Origin: an uncultured Frigidibacter sp.
Lineage (GTDB): Bacteria; Pseudomonadota; Alphaproteobacteria; Rhodobacterales; Rhodobacteraceae
Length of the DNA stretch: 64,000 nt
Assembly (NCBI GenBank): GCA_964582215.1
Contig: CAZORV010000001.1
Span: forward strand, 6,475 to 70,474
Direction of reading: 5' to 3'
The position numbers and the translations under genes are program-made. The notes below the pieces were generated by a model, which did not search any database, was not told the DNA's origin, and saw only the letters and a program-made list of their open reading frames with translations. Positions 53,369 through 62,888 of the stretch are shown here, one piece after another. Position 1 is the first letter of the stretch; each line of letters starts with the position of its first letter.

Positions 53369-55821
53369 AGCTTCATCCTTTCGGCTTTGGGGTCATACAT
53401 CGGCGCCAGGCTGATATCGGCCGCGATCCGGCGCCCGGCCACCTCGATCTCATAGGTCGAGGCGAGAAGGTCGCCGGCCGTCTGCCCGGCACAGGGCAGA
53501 TAGCCAAGCCCGACCGCCGCGCCCAGCGCATGACCATAATTGCCCGACGTCAGGATCGACACGATCTTGCCGTCGCGCAGAATGGCCTCGTTGTGAAACA
53601 GGCTCTGTTCCGGCTCTTTCAGCCGGAATTGCACCAGCCGCCGCACCAGCCCCTGATCGCGTTTCCGCTCGACCGCATCGCGCCCGATATAGCCGGTCTT
53701 CCGCCGGCTGACGGCAAAACCAAGCCCCGCCTCCAGCACATGATCCTCATCGGTGATGTCATGGCCCCAATGCCGATAGGCTTTTTCGATCCGGCAACTG
53801 TCCAGCGCATGCAGACCGCACAGCCTCAGCCCGACCCCGTCGCCCGCCTCGGCCCCCGCCTCAAGGAGGGCCTCGAACATATGGGCCGCCTGATCTGTGG
53901 GCGCATAGATCTCCCAGCCAAGCTCGCCCACGTAACTCACCCGGTGCGCCCGCGCGAGGCCCATGCCGACCTCGATCTCGCGCGCGGTTCCATAGGGAAA
54001 GGCGGCATTCGAAAAGTCATCGGGGCTGACCCGTTCCATCAATGCGCGCGCCTTCGGCCCCATGACGCAGAACACCGCCTCGGCCGCGGTGACATCGGTG
54101 ATCACCGCGAAACGATCGCCAAGATGCGCCCTCAGCCAGGCCAGATCGCGCTGCAGGGTCGCCCCCGGCACCACCAGCAGAAAGGCGGTCTCGCTCAGCC
54201 GCGTCACCGTCAGATCGCATTCGATGCCGCCGCGTTCGTTCAGCATCTGCCCATAGACGACCCGCCCCCGCGCCACATCCAGATCGCAGGCACAGACCCG
54301 CTGCAGAAAGGCCAGCGCATCACGCCCCTCGACCCTGATCTTGCCGAAAGAGGTCATGTCAAACAGGCCGACCCCGGTCCGGACCGCCAGATGTTCGTCC
54401 CGCTGGTTCTGCCACCAGTTCTGGCGGTGCCAGTCATAAAGGTAGGCCGGTTCCTGCCCCGGCCGCGCGAACCAGTTCGCCCGTTCCCACCCCGCCACCT
54501 CGCCAAAGACGGCGCCCCGCGCCTTCAGCCGGTCATGGATCGGCGACCGGCGCACCCCGCGCGCGGTCGTGACCTGCCGGTAAGGGTAGTGATCGGCGTA
54601 AAGCAGACCCAAAGTCTCGCTGACCCGTTCCTTCAGATAGCGGCGGTTGCGCTGAAAAGGTTGCGCGCGGCGGATATCCACCTCCCACAGGTCAAAGGGC
54701 GGCGCGCCGTCATTCATCCATTGCGCCAGCGCCATCCCGGCCCCGCCGGACGAGACGATGCCGATGGAATTATACCCCGCCGCGATCCAGTAGCCCCCCA
54801 GCCGCGGGCTTTCGCCCAGATAATAACGATCGTCGGGGGTAAAGCTTTCCGGCCCGTTGAAGAATGTGTGAATGCCCGCCGTCTGGAACAGGGGCATCCG
54901 GTTCATCGCCTGTTCCAGGATCGGCGCGAAATGGTCCCAATCCTCGGGCAGCGTGTCAAATTCGAAATCCTCGCGGATGCCCGCCATGCCCCAGGGCTTG
55001 GCGACCGGCTCAAAGGCGCCCAGCATCATCTTGCCCGCGTCCGACTTGTAATAGGCGCATTCGTCCGGCACCCGCAGCACCGGCAGGTGACCAAGGCCGT
55101 CAATCGGCTCGGTCACCAGATAGAAATGCTCGCAGGCCTGCAGCGGCAGGGTCACGCCCGACCGCCCGGCCAGTTCGCGCCCCCACATGCCGCCGCAATT
55201 GACCACCATTTCGGCTTTAACAGACCCGCTTTCCTCGCCCGACACCCAGTCCACCCCGGTCACCCGCGCGCCATCATCGCGCACCTTCGTGACCTTCACG
55301 CCTTCCAGAATCCGCGCCCCCTTCATCCGCGCGCCCTTGGCCAGCGCCTGGGCAATATTCGCCGGATCGCACTGGCCGTCGCCCGGCAGATGCACAGCGC
55401 CCACCACATCCGCGACCGTCACATGCGGATAAAGCGCCGCAACCTCGGCCGGCGATATCTCATGCACCTCGATCCCGAAGGCGCGCGCCAGCGTCGCACT
55501 CCGCAACAGCTCCTCGCGCCGCGCGGCCGTCAGCGCGACCGAGATTGAGCCGACCTGCCGCATCCCGGTCGCCACACCGGTCTCGGCCTCCAGCTCGCGG
55601 TAAAGCCCGGCTGAATATTTCGCCAGCCGGGTCATGTTCTGCGATCCGCGCAGCTGCCCGATCAGCCCCGCCGCATGCCATGTCGTCCCCGAGGTCAGGC
55701 GCTTGCGCTCCAGAAGAACAATGTCCCGCCAGCCCAGCTTCGCCAGATGATAGGCCAGCGAACAGCCCGAAATCCCGCCGCCGATGATCACCACCCGCGC
55801 CCGCTCCGGAATATCCGCCAT
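53365..55821 (-). CDS. GcvT-family FAD-dependent dehydrogenase (sarcosine/dimethylglycine dehydrogenase-like)
   Basis: IIGGGISG, GTTWHAAG (flavinylation His), NGPESFTPD, GWER and RIEK motifs. C-terminal THF-binding GcvT domain. Confidence 0.93.
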   Translation of the reverse strand: MADIPERARVVIIGGGISGCSLAYHLAKLGWRDIVLLERKRLTSGTTWHAAGLIGQLRGSQNMTRLAKYSAGLYRELEAETGVATGMRQVGSISVALTAARREELLRSATLARAFGIEVHEISPAEVAALYPHVTVADVVGAVHLPGDGQCDPANIAQALAKGARMKGARILEGVKVTKVRDDGARVTGVDWVSGEESGSVKAEMVVNCGGMWGRELAGRSGVTLPLQACEHFYLVTEPIDGLGHLPVLRVPDECAYYKSDAGKMMLGAFEPVAKPWGMAGIREDFEFDTLPEDWDHFAPILEQAMNRMPLFQTAGIHTFFNGPESFTPDDRYYLGESPRLGGYWIAAGYNSIGIVSSGGAGMALAQWMNDGAPPFDLWEVDIRRAQPFQRNRRYLKERVSETLGLLYADHYPYRQVTTARGVRRSPIHDRLKARGAVFGEVAGWERANWFARPGQEPAYLYDWHRQNWWQNQRDEHLAVRTGVGLFDMTSFGKIRVEGRDALAFLQRVCACDLDVARGRVVYGQMLNERGGIECDLTVTRLSETAFLLVVPGATLQRDLAWLRAHLGDRFAVITDVTAAEAVFCVMGPKARALMERVSPDDFSNAAFPYGTAREIEVGMGLARAHRVSYVGELGWEIYAPTDQAAHMFEALLEAGAEAGDGVGLRLCGLHALDSCRIEKAYRHWGHDITDEDHVLEAGLGFAVSRRKTGYIGRDAVERKRDQGLVRRLVQFRLKEPEQSLFHNEAILRDGKIVSILTSGNYGHALGAAVGLGYLPCAGQTAGDLLASTYEIEVAGRRIAADISLAPMYDPKAERMKL

Positions 55822-55837
55822 CTGACCCGCCTCCCTC

Positions 55838-55884
55838 ATTTTCTGTCGCCAAATATCCCGGGGGTCCGGGGGCAGCGCCCCCGG
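55838..55884. repeat. Intra-operon repeat family C, copy 2
   Basis: ATTTTCTGTCGCCAAATATCCCGGGGGTCCGGGGGCAGCGCCCCCGG is homologous to 12727-12777. Confidence 0.75.
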
Positions 55885-55888
55885 CCGT

Positions 55889-58333
55889 TCACATCTTCAG
55901 CCGCGCATTCGCCGGATCCCAAAGCGGCCGGTCCGCCTCGACCCGCGCCGGGAACCGCTCGCCATAGATCTCGACCTCGACGCCGGTCCCCGCCACCGCC
56001 AGATCGGCCCGCAACATGCCAAGCGCGATCGACCGCCCGACCCGGTAGCCCCAGCCGCCCGAGGTCGTCTCGCCCACCACCTCGCCCCGATGCCAGATCG
56101 TCGACATATAGGGCGCGTCCGCCGCCCCGGCCCCGACCGTCAGCGTGACAAAGCGCTTGCGCAGACCCCGTTGACGTTCGGCCAGAAGTTCGGCCTTGCC
56201 GGGGAAGTCCTGGGGCTTGTCGAACCTGATGAACCGGTCCAGCCCGGCCTCGAGCAGGCTGTAGTCGGTCGACAAATCGCCCTTCCAGGCCCGATAGCCC
56301 TTTTCGATCCGCAGCGAATCCAGCGCTCGCATGCCAAAAGGCACCGCGCCTCCGGCCAGAACCGCCTCGAAAATCGGCGGCATGTCGGCCGGGGCCGCAT
56401 GAACCTCCCAGCCGAGTTCACCGGCAAAGGACACCCGCGCCAGACCGACCCGGCGCCCGGCGACGGTCGCGGCCTGATGGGTCAGCCAGGGGCGGGTCAG
56501 ATCGGCATCCGAAATCGCCGTAAAGAGGTTGCGCGACTTCGGCCCGGTCACGATCAGCGTCGACAGATCGCCGGTCCGGTCCGCCAGCCGCAGGCCTTTG
56601 GGCAGGTCCCGCGCCAGCCATTCGAAATCATGCCATTCGGCCGCCGCCGCGGTGATCAGGGTGAAATCATCCGCGCCGTTGCAGGCCACCGACATTTCGG
56701 TGACGATCCGGCCGCGCTGATCGGGGAAATAGGCCAGCGCCAGGCGCCCCGGCCCCGGCAGGCCCCCGGCGATCCGGCCCAGCAACCACTCTGCCGCGCC
56801 CGCGCCGGACAGATGAAAACGCGAAAATCCCGGCAGGTCCAGAACGCCGACCCCGTCACGGACGGCCAGGCATTCGGCACGGATCCGCGCCTCCCATGGT
56901 CCGGCGCGGTCCCAGGTCTGGGTCGCGGCCCAGCTGAGGTCATCGCCCGGCGCCGCGAACCATTCGGCGCGTTCCCAGCCGTTATAGGGCGCCATCTGCC
57001 CGCCCAGCGCCCGGACCCGTTCATGCACCGGCGACAGGCGCCGGTCGGGTGCGGCGGGCCAGCGCGCCATCGGGAAATGCATTGCATATTCATGGCCGTA
57101 AACCTCGCGCCCCCTGGCCAGACAATAGCCGGCGTCGGCATGGCCGGTAAACCGCCGGGGGTCGCAGGACCACATGTCCCATTCGGTCGCGCCTCCGGTC
57201 ACCCATTCGGCCAGAACCTTGCCTGCCCCGCCGGCCTGCGCGATGCCAAAGGTAAAGACGCAGGCCTCAAAGGCATTCGGCACCCCCGGCATCGGGCCGA
57301 TCAGCGGATTGCCGTCCGGCGCATAGGGGATCGGACCGTTGATGACCTTCGATATCCCCGCCCGCGCCAGCAGCGGCACCCGCGCCATCGCGTCGGTGAT
57401 ATAGGGCTCCAGCCGGTCGAGATCGTCCGGGAACAGCTGGAAGCTGAAGTCATCCGGCATCGGGTCATCGGGGCTGGCCCAATGTGCCCGACAGTTCCGT
57501 TCATAGGGGCCGAGGTTGAAGCCGGTCTTTTCCTGACGAAGGTAATAAGACACGTCGACATCGCGCAAAAGCGGCAGCTTGTGACCCGCCCCCTGCGTCC
57601 AGGCGGCGATCTCGGGGATCGGCTCGGACAGAAGATACTGGTGGCTCATCACCATCATCGGCACCCGGCGCCCGCCGAACGGCCGGAACCATTCGCCGAC
57701 CCTTTGCGCATAATATCCCGCAGCGTTGACGACGATTTCAGCCCGAATAGAGCCTTTTTCGGTGTGAACCACCCACTCGCCGCCCTGCCTGTCGACGCCG
57801 GTTGCGGGCGTGTGGCGCAGGATCGTCGCGCCAAGATCGCGCGCGCCCTTGGCCAGCGCCTGTGTCAGCTGGGCCGGGTCAATATCGCCGTCCGCCGGGT
57901 CATAGAGCGCGCCCTGCAGATCGTGCAGTTCCATGAACGGGTATTTCGCACCGATCTCGTCCGCTGCCAGAACCTCCAGCGCCATGCCCTGATGACGGCC
58001 CATTCCGGCGGCGCGCCGAAACTCCTGCATCCGCTCGCGGCTATGGGCCAGCCGCAGCGACCCGGTCACATGATAGTTCATCGGATAGCCGACCGCCGCG
58101 CCAAGGCCCCGGTAAAGCCCGGCCGAATAGCGCTGCATGTTCATCAGCGACCAGCTGGTGGAAAAGGTCGGGACATTGCCCGCCGCGTGCCAGGTCGAGC
58201 CCGCCGTCAGCTCATTCTTTTCCAAAAGCACACAGTCGGTCCAGCCGGCCCGCGCCAGATGGTACAGCGACGAGACGCCCACAGCCCCGCCGCCGATGAT
58301 CACCACACGCGCTGTCGTCGGAAATTCGGCCAT
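55889..58333 (-). CDS. GcvT-family FAD-dependent dehydrogenase (dimethylglycine dehydrogenase-like)
   Basis: IIGGGAVG, GSTWHAAG, NGPIPYAPDG, GWER and SLRIEKGY motifs. Confidence 0.93.
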   Translation of the reverse strand: MAEFPTTARVVIIGGGAVGVSSLYHLARAGWTDCVLLEKNELTAGSTWHAAGNVPTFSTSWSLMNMQRYSAGLYRGLGAAVGYPMNYHVTGSLRLAHSRERMQEFRRAAGMGRHQGMALEVLAADEIGAKYPFMELHDLQGALYDPADGDIDPAQLTQALAKGARDLGATILRHTPATGVDRQGGEWVVHTEKGSIRAEIVVNAAGYYAQRVGEWFRPFGGRRVPMMVMSHQYLLSEPIPEIAAWTQGAGHKLPLLRDVDVSYYLRQEKTGFNLGPYERNCRAHWASPDDPMPDDFSFQLFPDDLDRLEPYITDAMARVPLLARAGISKVINGPIPYAPDGNPLIGPMPGVPNAFEACVFTFGIAQAGGAGKVLAEWVTGGATEWDMWSCDPRRFTGHADAGYCLARGREVYGHEYAMHFPMARWPAAPDRRLSPVHERVRALGGQMAPYNGWERAEWFAAPGDDLSWAATQTWDRAGPWEARIRAECLAVRDGVGVLDLPGFSRFHLSGAGAAEWLLGRIAGGLPGPGRLALAYFPDQRGRIVTEMSVACNGADDFTLITAAAAEWHDFEWLARDLPKGLRLADRTGDLSTLIVTGPKSRNLFTAISDADLTRPWLTHQAATVAGRRVGLARVSFAGELGWEVHAAPADMPPIFEAVLAGGAVPFGMRALDSLRIEKGYRAWKGDLSTDYSLLEAGLDRFIRFDKPQDFPGKAELLAERQRGLRKRFVTLTVGAGAADAPYMSTIWHRGEVVGETTSGGWGYRVGRSIALGMLRADLAVAGTGVEVEIYGERFPARVEADRPLWDPANARLKM

Positions 58334-58433
58334 GCGCCCCCCCTGTCATGACCGCAGTATTCGCCGGGGCGTCGCCGGTTTCAATTCGACGATCATTGGT
58401 CTATTGATCGGAATATCCGATCAGGGGACGGCG

Positions 58434-59309
58434 ATGAACATCGAACAGATCGAAACCTTTCTGGATCTTTGCGAGACGAGGAATTTCGGCCGCACCGCCG
58501 ACCGGCTTGGCATCACCCAGTCGACCGTCTCGGGCCGGGTGCGGGCGCTTGAGCTTCAGTTGGCGCGGGGGCTTTTCACCCGGTCGCGGTCCGGCACGGA
58601 ACTGACCCTGGAAGGGCTGCGGTTCGAGCCGCACGCGCGCGCGCTTCGCCATGGCTGGGCCGAGGCGGTCCATGCCACCCGCAGCGCCGGGACCCGGGCG
58701 ATGACCCTGCGCATCGGCATCCAGCATGATCTGACCGGCAGTCTGATCGGCGGCTGGGTCCGCGACTTCCGCGCCGCGCTGCCCGACGCCGGTTTTTATA
58801 TCGAGGCCGACTATTCCCCCGCGATGGCCTCGGACCTGCTGGTCGGGGCGCTCGACTTTGCGATGATGTACAGCCCCCGCATGCATCCCGATCTTTATTT
58901 CGAGACGCTGGGCGAAATCCGCTATCGCATGGTGTCGACCCTGACCGACCGGATGGCCGGGGTCGGGGCCGACAGCTATATCCTGACCAACTTTTCCCCG
59001 GCCTTCGCGGAAAATCACGCGCGGCTTCATCCGTCGCTGGCCACCGCCCCGGTGTCGAGCGGCCAGAGCACGGCGATCGCCGGGCTGATGACGTCGCTTG
59101 GCGGGACGGCCTATGTGATCGGGGAAATGGCGGCCGAGATGGTCGCGAACGGTCAGTGCCGCCCGGTCGTGGACGCGCCGGTGATGGAACAGACCGTCTT
59201 CGCCGCGATCCACCTCCGCAACCGGCACCGGCCGACGCACCGGCGGCTGCTGCAGCTGTTGCGGGCGGCCTTTGCCCGGCGGCGCGCGTCGGACCTGCCG
59301 CAAAGCTGA
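58434..59309 (+). CDS. LysR-family transcriptional regulator
   Basis: HTH region NFGRTADRLGITQSTVSGRVRALE..L...LFTR. Divergent from the GcvT/MttB operon. Confidence 0.93.
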   Translation: MNIEQIETFLDLCETRNFGRTADRLGITQSTVSGRVRALELQLARGLFTRSRSGTELTLEGLRFEPHARALRHGWAEAVHATRSAGTRAMTLRIGIQHDLTGSLIGGWVRDFRAALPDAGFYIEADYSPAMASDLLVGALDFAMMYSPRMHPDLYFETLGEIRYRMVSTLTDRMAGVGADSYILTNFSPAFAENHARLHPSLATAPVSSGQSTAIAGLMTSLGGTAYVIGEMAAEMVANGQCRPVVDAPVMEQTVFAAIHLRNRHRPTHRRLLQLLRAAFARRRASDLPQS

Positions 59310-59347
59310 CCCTTGCCTTTCACCCGCCTTCGGAACAGAGCTTTGCC

Positions 59348-60589
59348 ATGACCAGCTTCGCCCAGAACGCCCGCGCCGCCGCAGATGCCATCCGCACGCT
59401 GTTTGAACCCACGCCGCTGCAGCTGAACGACCACCTGTCGCAGCGCTACGGCGCCGAAATCTATCTCAAGCGCGAAGATCTGACGCCGGTTCGCAGTTAC
59501 AAGCTGCGCGGCGCCTTCAACGCGATGCGCAAGGCGATTGCCGCCGGCGAGCGGACCTTTGTCTGCGCGAGTGCGGGCAATCACGCGCAGGGGATGGCCT
59601 ATGCCTGCCGCCATTTCGGGGTGCGGGGCGTCATCTTCATGCCGGTGACGACGCCGCAGCAAAAGATCGACAAGACCCGCACTTTTGGCGGCGATAGTGT
59701 CGAAATCCGGTTGATCGGCGACTATTTCGACCGCACGCTTGCCGCCGCGCAGGCCCATGCGCGCGCGGCGGGCGCGCATTTCCTGTCGCCCTTTGACGAT
59801 GCCGACGTGATCGAGGGTCAGGCCTCGGTCGGGGTCGAGATCCTGGAACAGATCGGCACGCCGCCCGATCTGGTGATCCTGCCGGTTGGCGGCGGCGGGC
59901 TGGCGGCCGGGGTCACCGGCTATTTCGCCGAAACGGCGCCGGATGCGCGGTTTCTGTATGTCGAGCCTGCGGGCGGCGCCAGTCTGACGGCGGCCCTCGC
60001 GGCGGGTGCGCCGGTGACGCTGAGACGGGTCAACAATTTCGTCGATGGCGCCGCGGTCGCGCGGATCGGCGCCTTGCCCTTTGCGCGGCTGGGGCAGGTC
60101 CGGCCCGACCAGGTGCTTCTGGCGCCCGAGGACCGGGTCTGCATCACCATGCTGGAGTTTCTGAATGTCGAGGGGATTGTGCTGGAACCGGCGGGGGCGT
60201 TGGCGGTCGACGTCCTGCCGGTGCTGGCCGACCGGATCCGTGGCAAGCGGGTGGTCTGCGTGACATCGGGCGGGAATTTCGATTTCGAACGGCTGCCCGA
60301 GGTCAAGGAGCGGGCCAATCGCTATGCCGGGCTGAAGAAATACTTCATCCTGCGCATGCCGCAACGGCCCGGCGCACTGAAGGAATTTCTGGCAATGCTG
60401 GGCCCCGACGACGATATCGCCCGGTTTGAATATCTGAAGAAGTCGGCCCGCAACTTCGGGTCGGTGCTGATCGGCATCGAAACCCGCAACGCCGCGAACT
60501 TCGCGGCGCTGACGGAACAGCTGGACGCCGCGGAATTCACCTACCGCGACATCACCGACGACGAGGCGCTGGCCGAGTTCCTGATCTAG
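59348..60589 (+). CDS. ilvA: Threonine ammonia-lyase, short form with one ACT-like domain
   Basis: KREDL..VRSYKLRGA, ASAGNHAQG, PVGGGGL, SGGNFD and PQRPGAL motifs. Confidence 0.96.
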   Translation: MTSFAQNARAAADAIRTLFEPTPLQLNDHLSQRYGAEIYLKREDLTPVRSYKLRGAFNAMRKAIAAGERTFVCASAGNHAQGMAYACRHFGVRGVIFMPVTTPQQKIDKTRTFGGDSVEIRLIGDYFDRTLAAAQAHARAAGAHFLSPFDDADVIEGQASVGVEILEQIGTPPDLVILPVGGGGLAAGVTGYFAETAPDARFLYVEPAGGASLTAALAAGAPVTLRRVNNFVDGAAVARIGALPFARLGQVRPDQVLLAPEDRVCITMLEFLNVEGIVLEPAGALAVDVLPVLADRIRGKRVVCVTSGGNFDFERLPEVKERANRYAGLKKYFILRMPQRPGALKEFLAMLGPDDDIARFEYLKKSARNFGSVLIGIETRNAANFAALTEQLDAAEFTYRDITDDEALAEFLI

Positions 60590-60936
60590 GCCGCACTCGG
60601 GACCTGCCCTTCGGCCAGGGCGGCCAACCCCTCGATGAAGACCGCTTTCGAGGCGCTGTAGCAGTCTGTCACCGCGCCAATATCGACCGACGCCGCATTG
60701 CCGCCGGCGGCCCGACGCTCACCGTCCTGGCAAAGCGCGCCAAAGTCGGCAAAGCCGAGGTTCCAGGCGCTGCCCTTCAGAAAATGCAGGTCCTGTTCGT
60801 AGCTGGCGGGGTCGGGCGATGCGGTCAGCCGCATGACCACCTCTTCAACCTCATCCAGAAAAAGTTCCACGACTTCGGCAAAGCCGTCATCGCCAATCTC
60901 AAGACGCAATTCGTCCACACGTTTCCAACTGATCAT
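60586..60936 (-). CDS. Hpt domain protein
   Basis: MISWKRVDELRLEIG...DLHFLKGSAWNLGF (phosphoacceptor His). Confidence 0.9.
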   Translation of the reverse strand: MISWKRVDELRLEIGDDGFAEVVELFLDEVEEVVMRLTASPDPASYEQDLHFLKGSAWNLGFADFGALCQDGERRAAGGNAASVDIGAVTDCYSASKAVFIEGLAALAEGQVPSAA

Positions 60937-60984
60937 CTCCACCACCTTCAGGTCCCAACCTGCGGGAAGACTAGGCGCGGATAC

Positions 60985-61043
60985 TTTAGGTCCCGTTAAT
61001 GTCCGGCCTTTCGTCCGGGAAAGCCCGTTCAATTGGTCTTAAC
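60985..61043. promoter_or_regulatory. Two CtrA-like sites in the Hpt/phosphatase divergent promoter
   Basis: TTTA-GGTCCCG-TTAA (60985-60999) and TTCA-ATTGGTC-TTAAC (61028-61043). Each has one mismatch to TTAA-N7-TTAA. Confidence 0.65.
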
Positions 61044-61091
61044 CCGATCGCGTCTAGCTTTGCAGGACGCAACACCAGGGGGCGGCAATTC

Positions 61092-62372
61092 GTGCTGGCG
61101 GCCAAGGCTATAGATTCCGTTCCGACGACTGACGCCGATGCCGCGGCGCGGCATGTGCTGGTCGTGGATGACAGCCGTGTGCAGCGCAAAATCCTGTCAT
61201 CGCAGCTGGCGCGCGCCGGCTACCGCGTCAGCGAGGCGGGATCAGGCGAGGAAGCGCTGGCGCTGATTCGCACCGATCAGCCCGATCTTGTGATTTCCGA
61301 CTGGATGATGACCGGCATGACCGGACTTGACCTTTGCGCCCAGGTCAGGGCCCTCGGTCTGGAAAATTATACCTATTTCGTCCTTCTCACCTCAAAGACC
61401 GAGACGGCAGAGATCGCGCGCGGGCTGGACGTCGGGGCCGACGATTTTCTGATCAAGCCGGTCAGCGGCGACGAGCTGCGCGCCCGGATCGCGGCCGGCG
61501 AACGGATTCTGGGGATGGAGCGGGAGTTGAAGGACAAGAACCGGCTTCTGTCCTCGACCCTGACGGAACTGCAGGGCCTTTACGATTCGATCGACCGCGA
61601 CCTGATGGAGGCGAAGAAACTTCAGCAAAGTCTGGTGCGCGAACGCAGCCGCAATTTCGGCAATGCCGAGGTCAACCTGATCCTGCGGCCCTCGGGTCAT
61701 GTCGGCGGTGATCTGGTCGGCTTTTTCCCGATTTCGTCGCGCCGCGTCGGCTTTTTCGCCATCGACGTCTCGGGCCATGGCATCACCTCGGCGCTGATGA
61801 CCGCGCGGCTGGCGGGCTATCTGTCCAGCAACTCGCCCGAACAGAACATCGCGCTGGTCCTGACCGAATTCGGCATCTACGACGCCCTGCCGCCCGAGGA
61901 GGTGGCGGCGGCGCTGAACACGATCGTCTTCAAGGAAATGCAGACCGAAAGCTATTTCACCCTGGCCTATGCCGACGTCGATCTTGTCACCGGCAAGGTG
62001 GCGATGGTGCAGGCCGGTCATCCGCATCCGGCGGTGTTGCGGCAGGACGGCCGGGTCGAATATCTGGGGTCGGGCGGCATGCCGATCGGGCTGATCGACT
62101 TTGCCGAATATGACCGGATCGACACGCAATTGCTGCCCGGCGACCGGCTGTTCCTGATGTCGGACGGCATAACCGAGGCCGCCGATCCCGCTGGCACCCA
62201 GTTGGGCGAAGACGGCTTGACCGCGCTGATCGGCAAATGCGGCGACGCGCGCGGCCCGGCCTTTCTCGAGGCGCTGAACTGGCATCTGAGCGCCTATACG
62301 AACGGCGAATTTGATGATGACGTGTCGGGGGTCTATTTCGAATTCGGCGGCGCCAAGGAAAATGCCGGCTAA
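61092..62372 (+). CDS. Receiver domain-PP2C/SpoIIE phosphatase (RbaY/RsbY-like)
   Basis: Receiver VLVVDD..SDWMM..KP, then PP2C motifs VGGD, DVSGHG, AGHP, SDGITE and DDVS. Start codon uncertain (GTG at 61092). Confidence 0.9.
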   Translation: MLAAKAIDSVPTTDADAAARHVLVVDDSRVQRKILSSQLARAGYRVSEAGSGEEALALIRTDQPDLVISDWMMTGMTGLDLCAQVRALGLENYTYFVLLTSKTETAEIARGLDVGADDFLIKPVSGDELRARIAAGERILGMERELKDKNRLLSSTLTELQGLYDSIDRDLMEAKKLQQSLVRERSRNFGNAEVNLILRPSGHVGGDLVGFFPISSRRVGFFAIDVSGHGITSALMTARLAGYLSSNSPEQNIALVLTEFGIYDALPPEEVAAALNTIVFKEMQTESYFTLAYADVDLVTGKVAMVQAGHPHPAVLRQDGRVEYLGSGGMPIGLIDFAEYDRIDTQLLPGDRLFLMSDGITEAADPAGTQLGEDGLTALIGKCGDARGPAFLEALNWHLSAYTNGEFDDDVSGVYFEFGGAKENAG

Positions 62373-62378
62373 GAACGC

Positions 62379-62819
62379 TCAGCCCCTCAGCGCCCGCGCC
62401 AGAAAATGCCGGTCGCCATCGTTGCCGACCAGATCGGCCGCCTCGCCCGCAGGGACCCAGACGGCCGAATGGCCCTTTTCGGCGGGCGGTCCAAGACGGC
62501 GGACCGGACGGGCCAGATAGATCAGGCAGATCTTTTCCGCCCAAAGGTCATAGTCGGGCATATAGGCGAACCGGCGAAAGGCGCCGATGCGGCGCGCTGC
62601 GGCGATCGACCAGCCGGTCTCTTCATAGACCTCGCGGTGCAGCGCCCGCAGCGGCGACTCGCCCGGGTCGATTCCGCCGCCCGGCAACTGGAACTCGGGC
62701 TCCGGCGCCTCTTGATAGGTCAGCAGAACATCCCCATCTAGGCGCAGAACCGCATAAGCCCCGGCCCTGATCCGGTATTTCTGTCCCGCCACCACCGGAT
62801 CGCCGAACCGCCTGATCAT
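62379..62819 (-). CDS. NUDIX hydrolase
   Basis: Nudix box GGGIDPGESPLRALHREVYEETG. ATG at 62819. Confidence 0.9.
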   Translation of the reverse strand: MIRRFGDPVVAGQKYRIRAGAYAVLRLDGDVLLTYQEAPEPEFQLPGGGIDPGESPLRALHREVYEETGWSIAAARRIGAFRRFAYMPDYDLWAEKICLIYLARPVRRLGPPAEKGHSAVWVPAGEAADLVGNDGDRHFLARALRG

Positions 62820-62888
62820 TTCCGCCCGCCCCGGTTGCCCAAATCGCCCCGAAACGGTATGCCAAGCCCCGCGCCTGAAGGAAACCCC

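Noticed and set aside
50827..58351. Very long plus-strand ORFs (50827..52761, 53530..55548, 56090..58351) and similar ones elsewhere (e.g. 33409..35376, 12531..14096, 7771..8916)
   Set aside because: They are antisense shadows of well-supported genes. High GC3 suppresses stop codons on the opposite strand, and the translations have no recognisable motifs.
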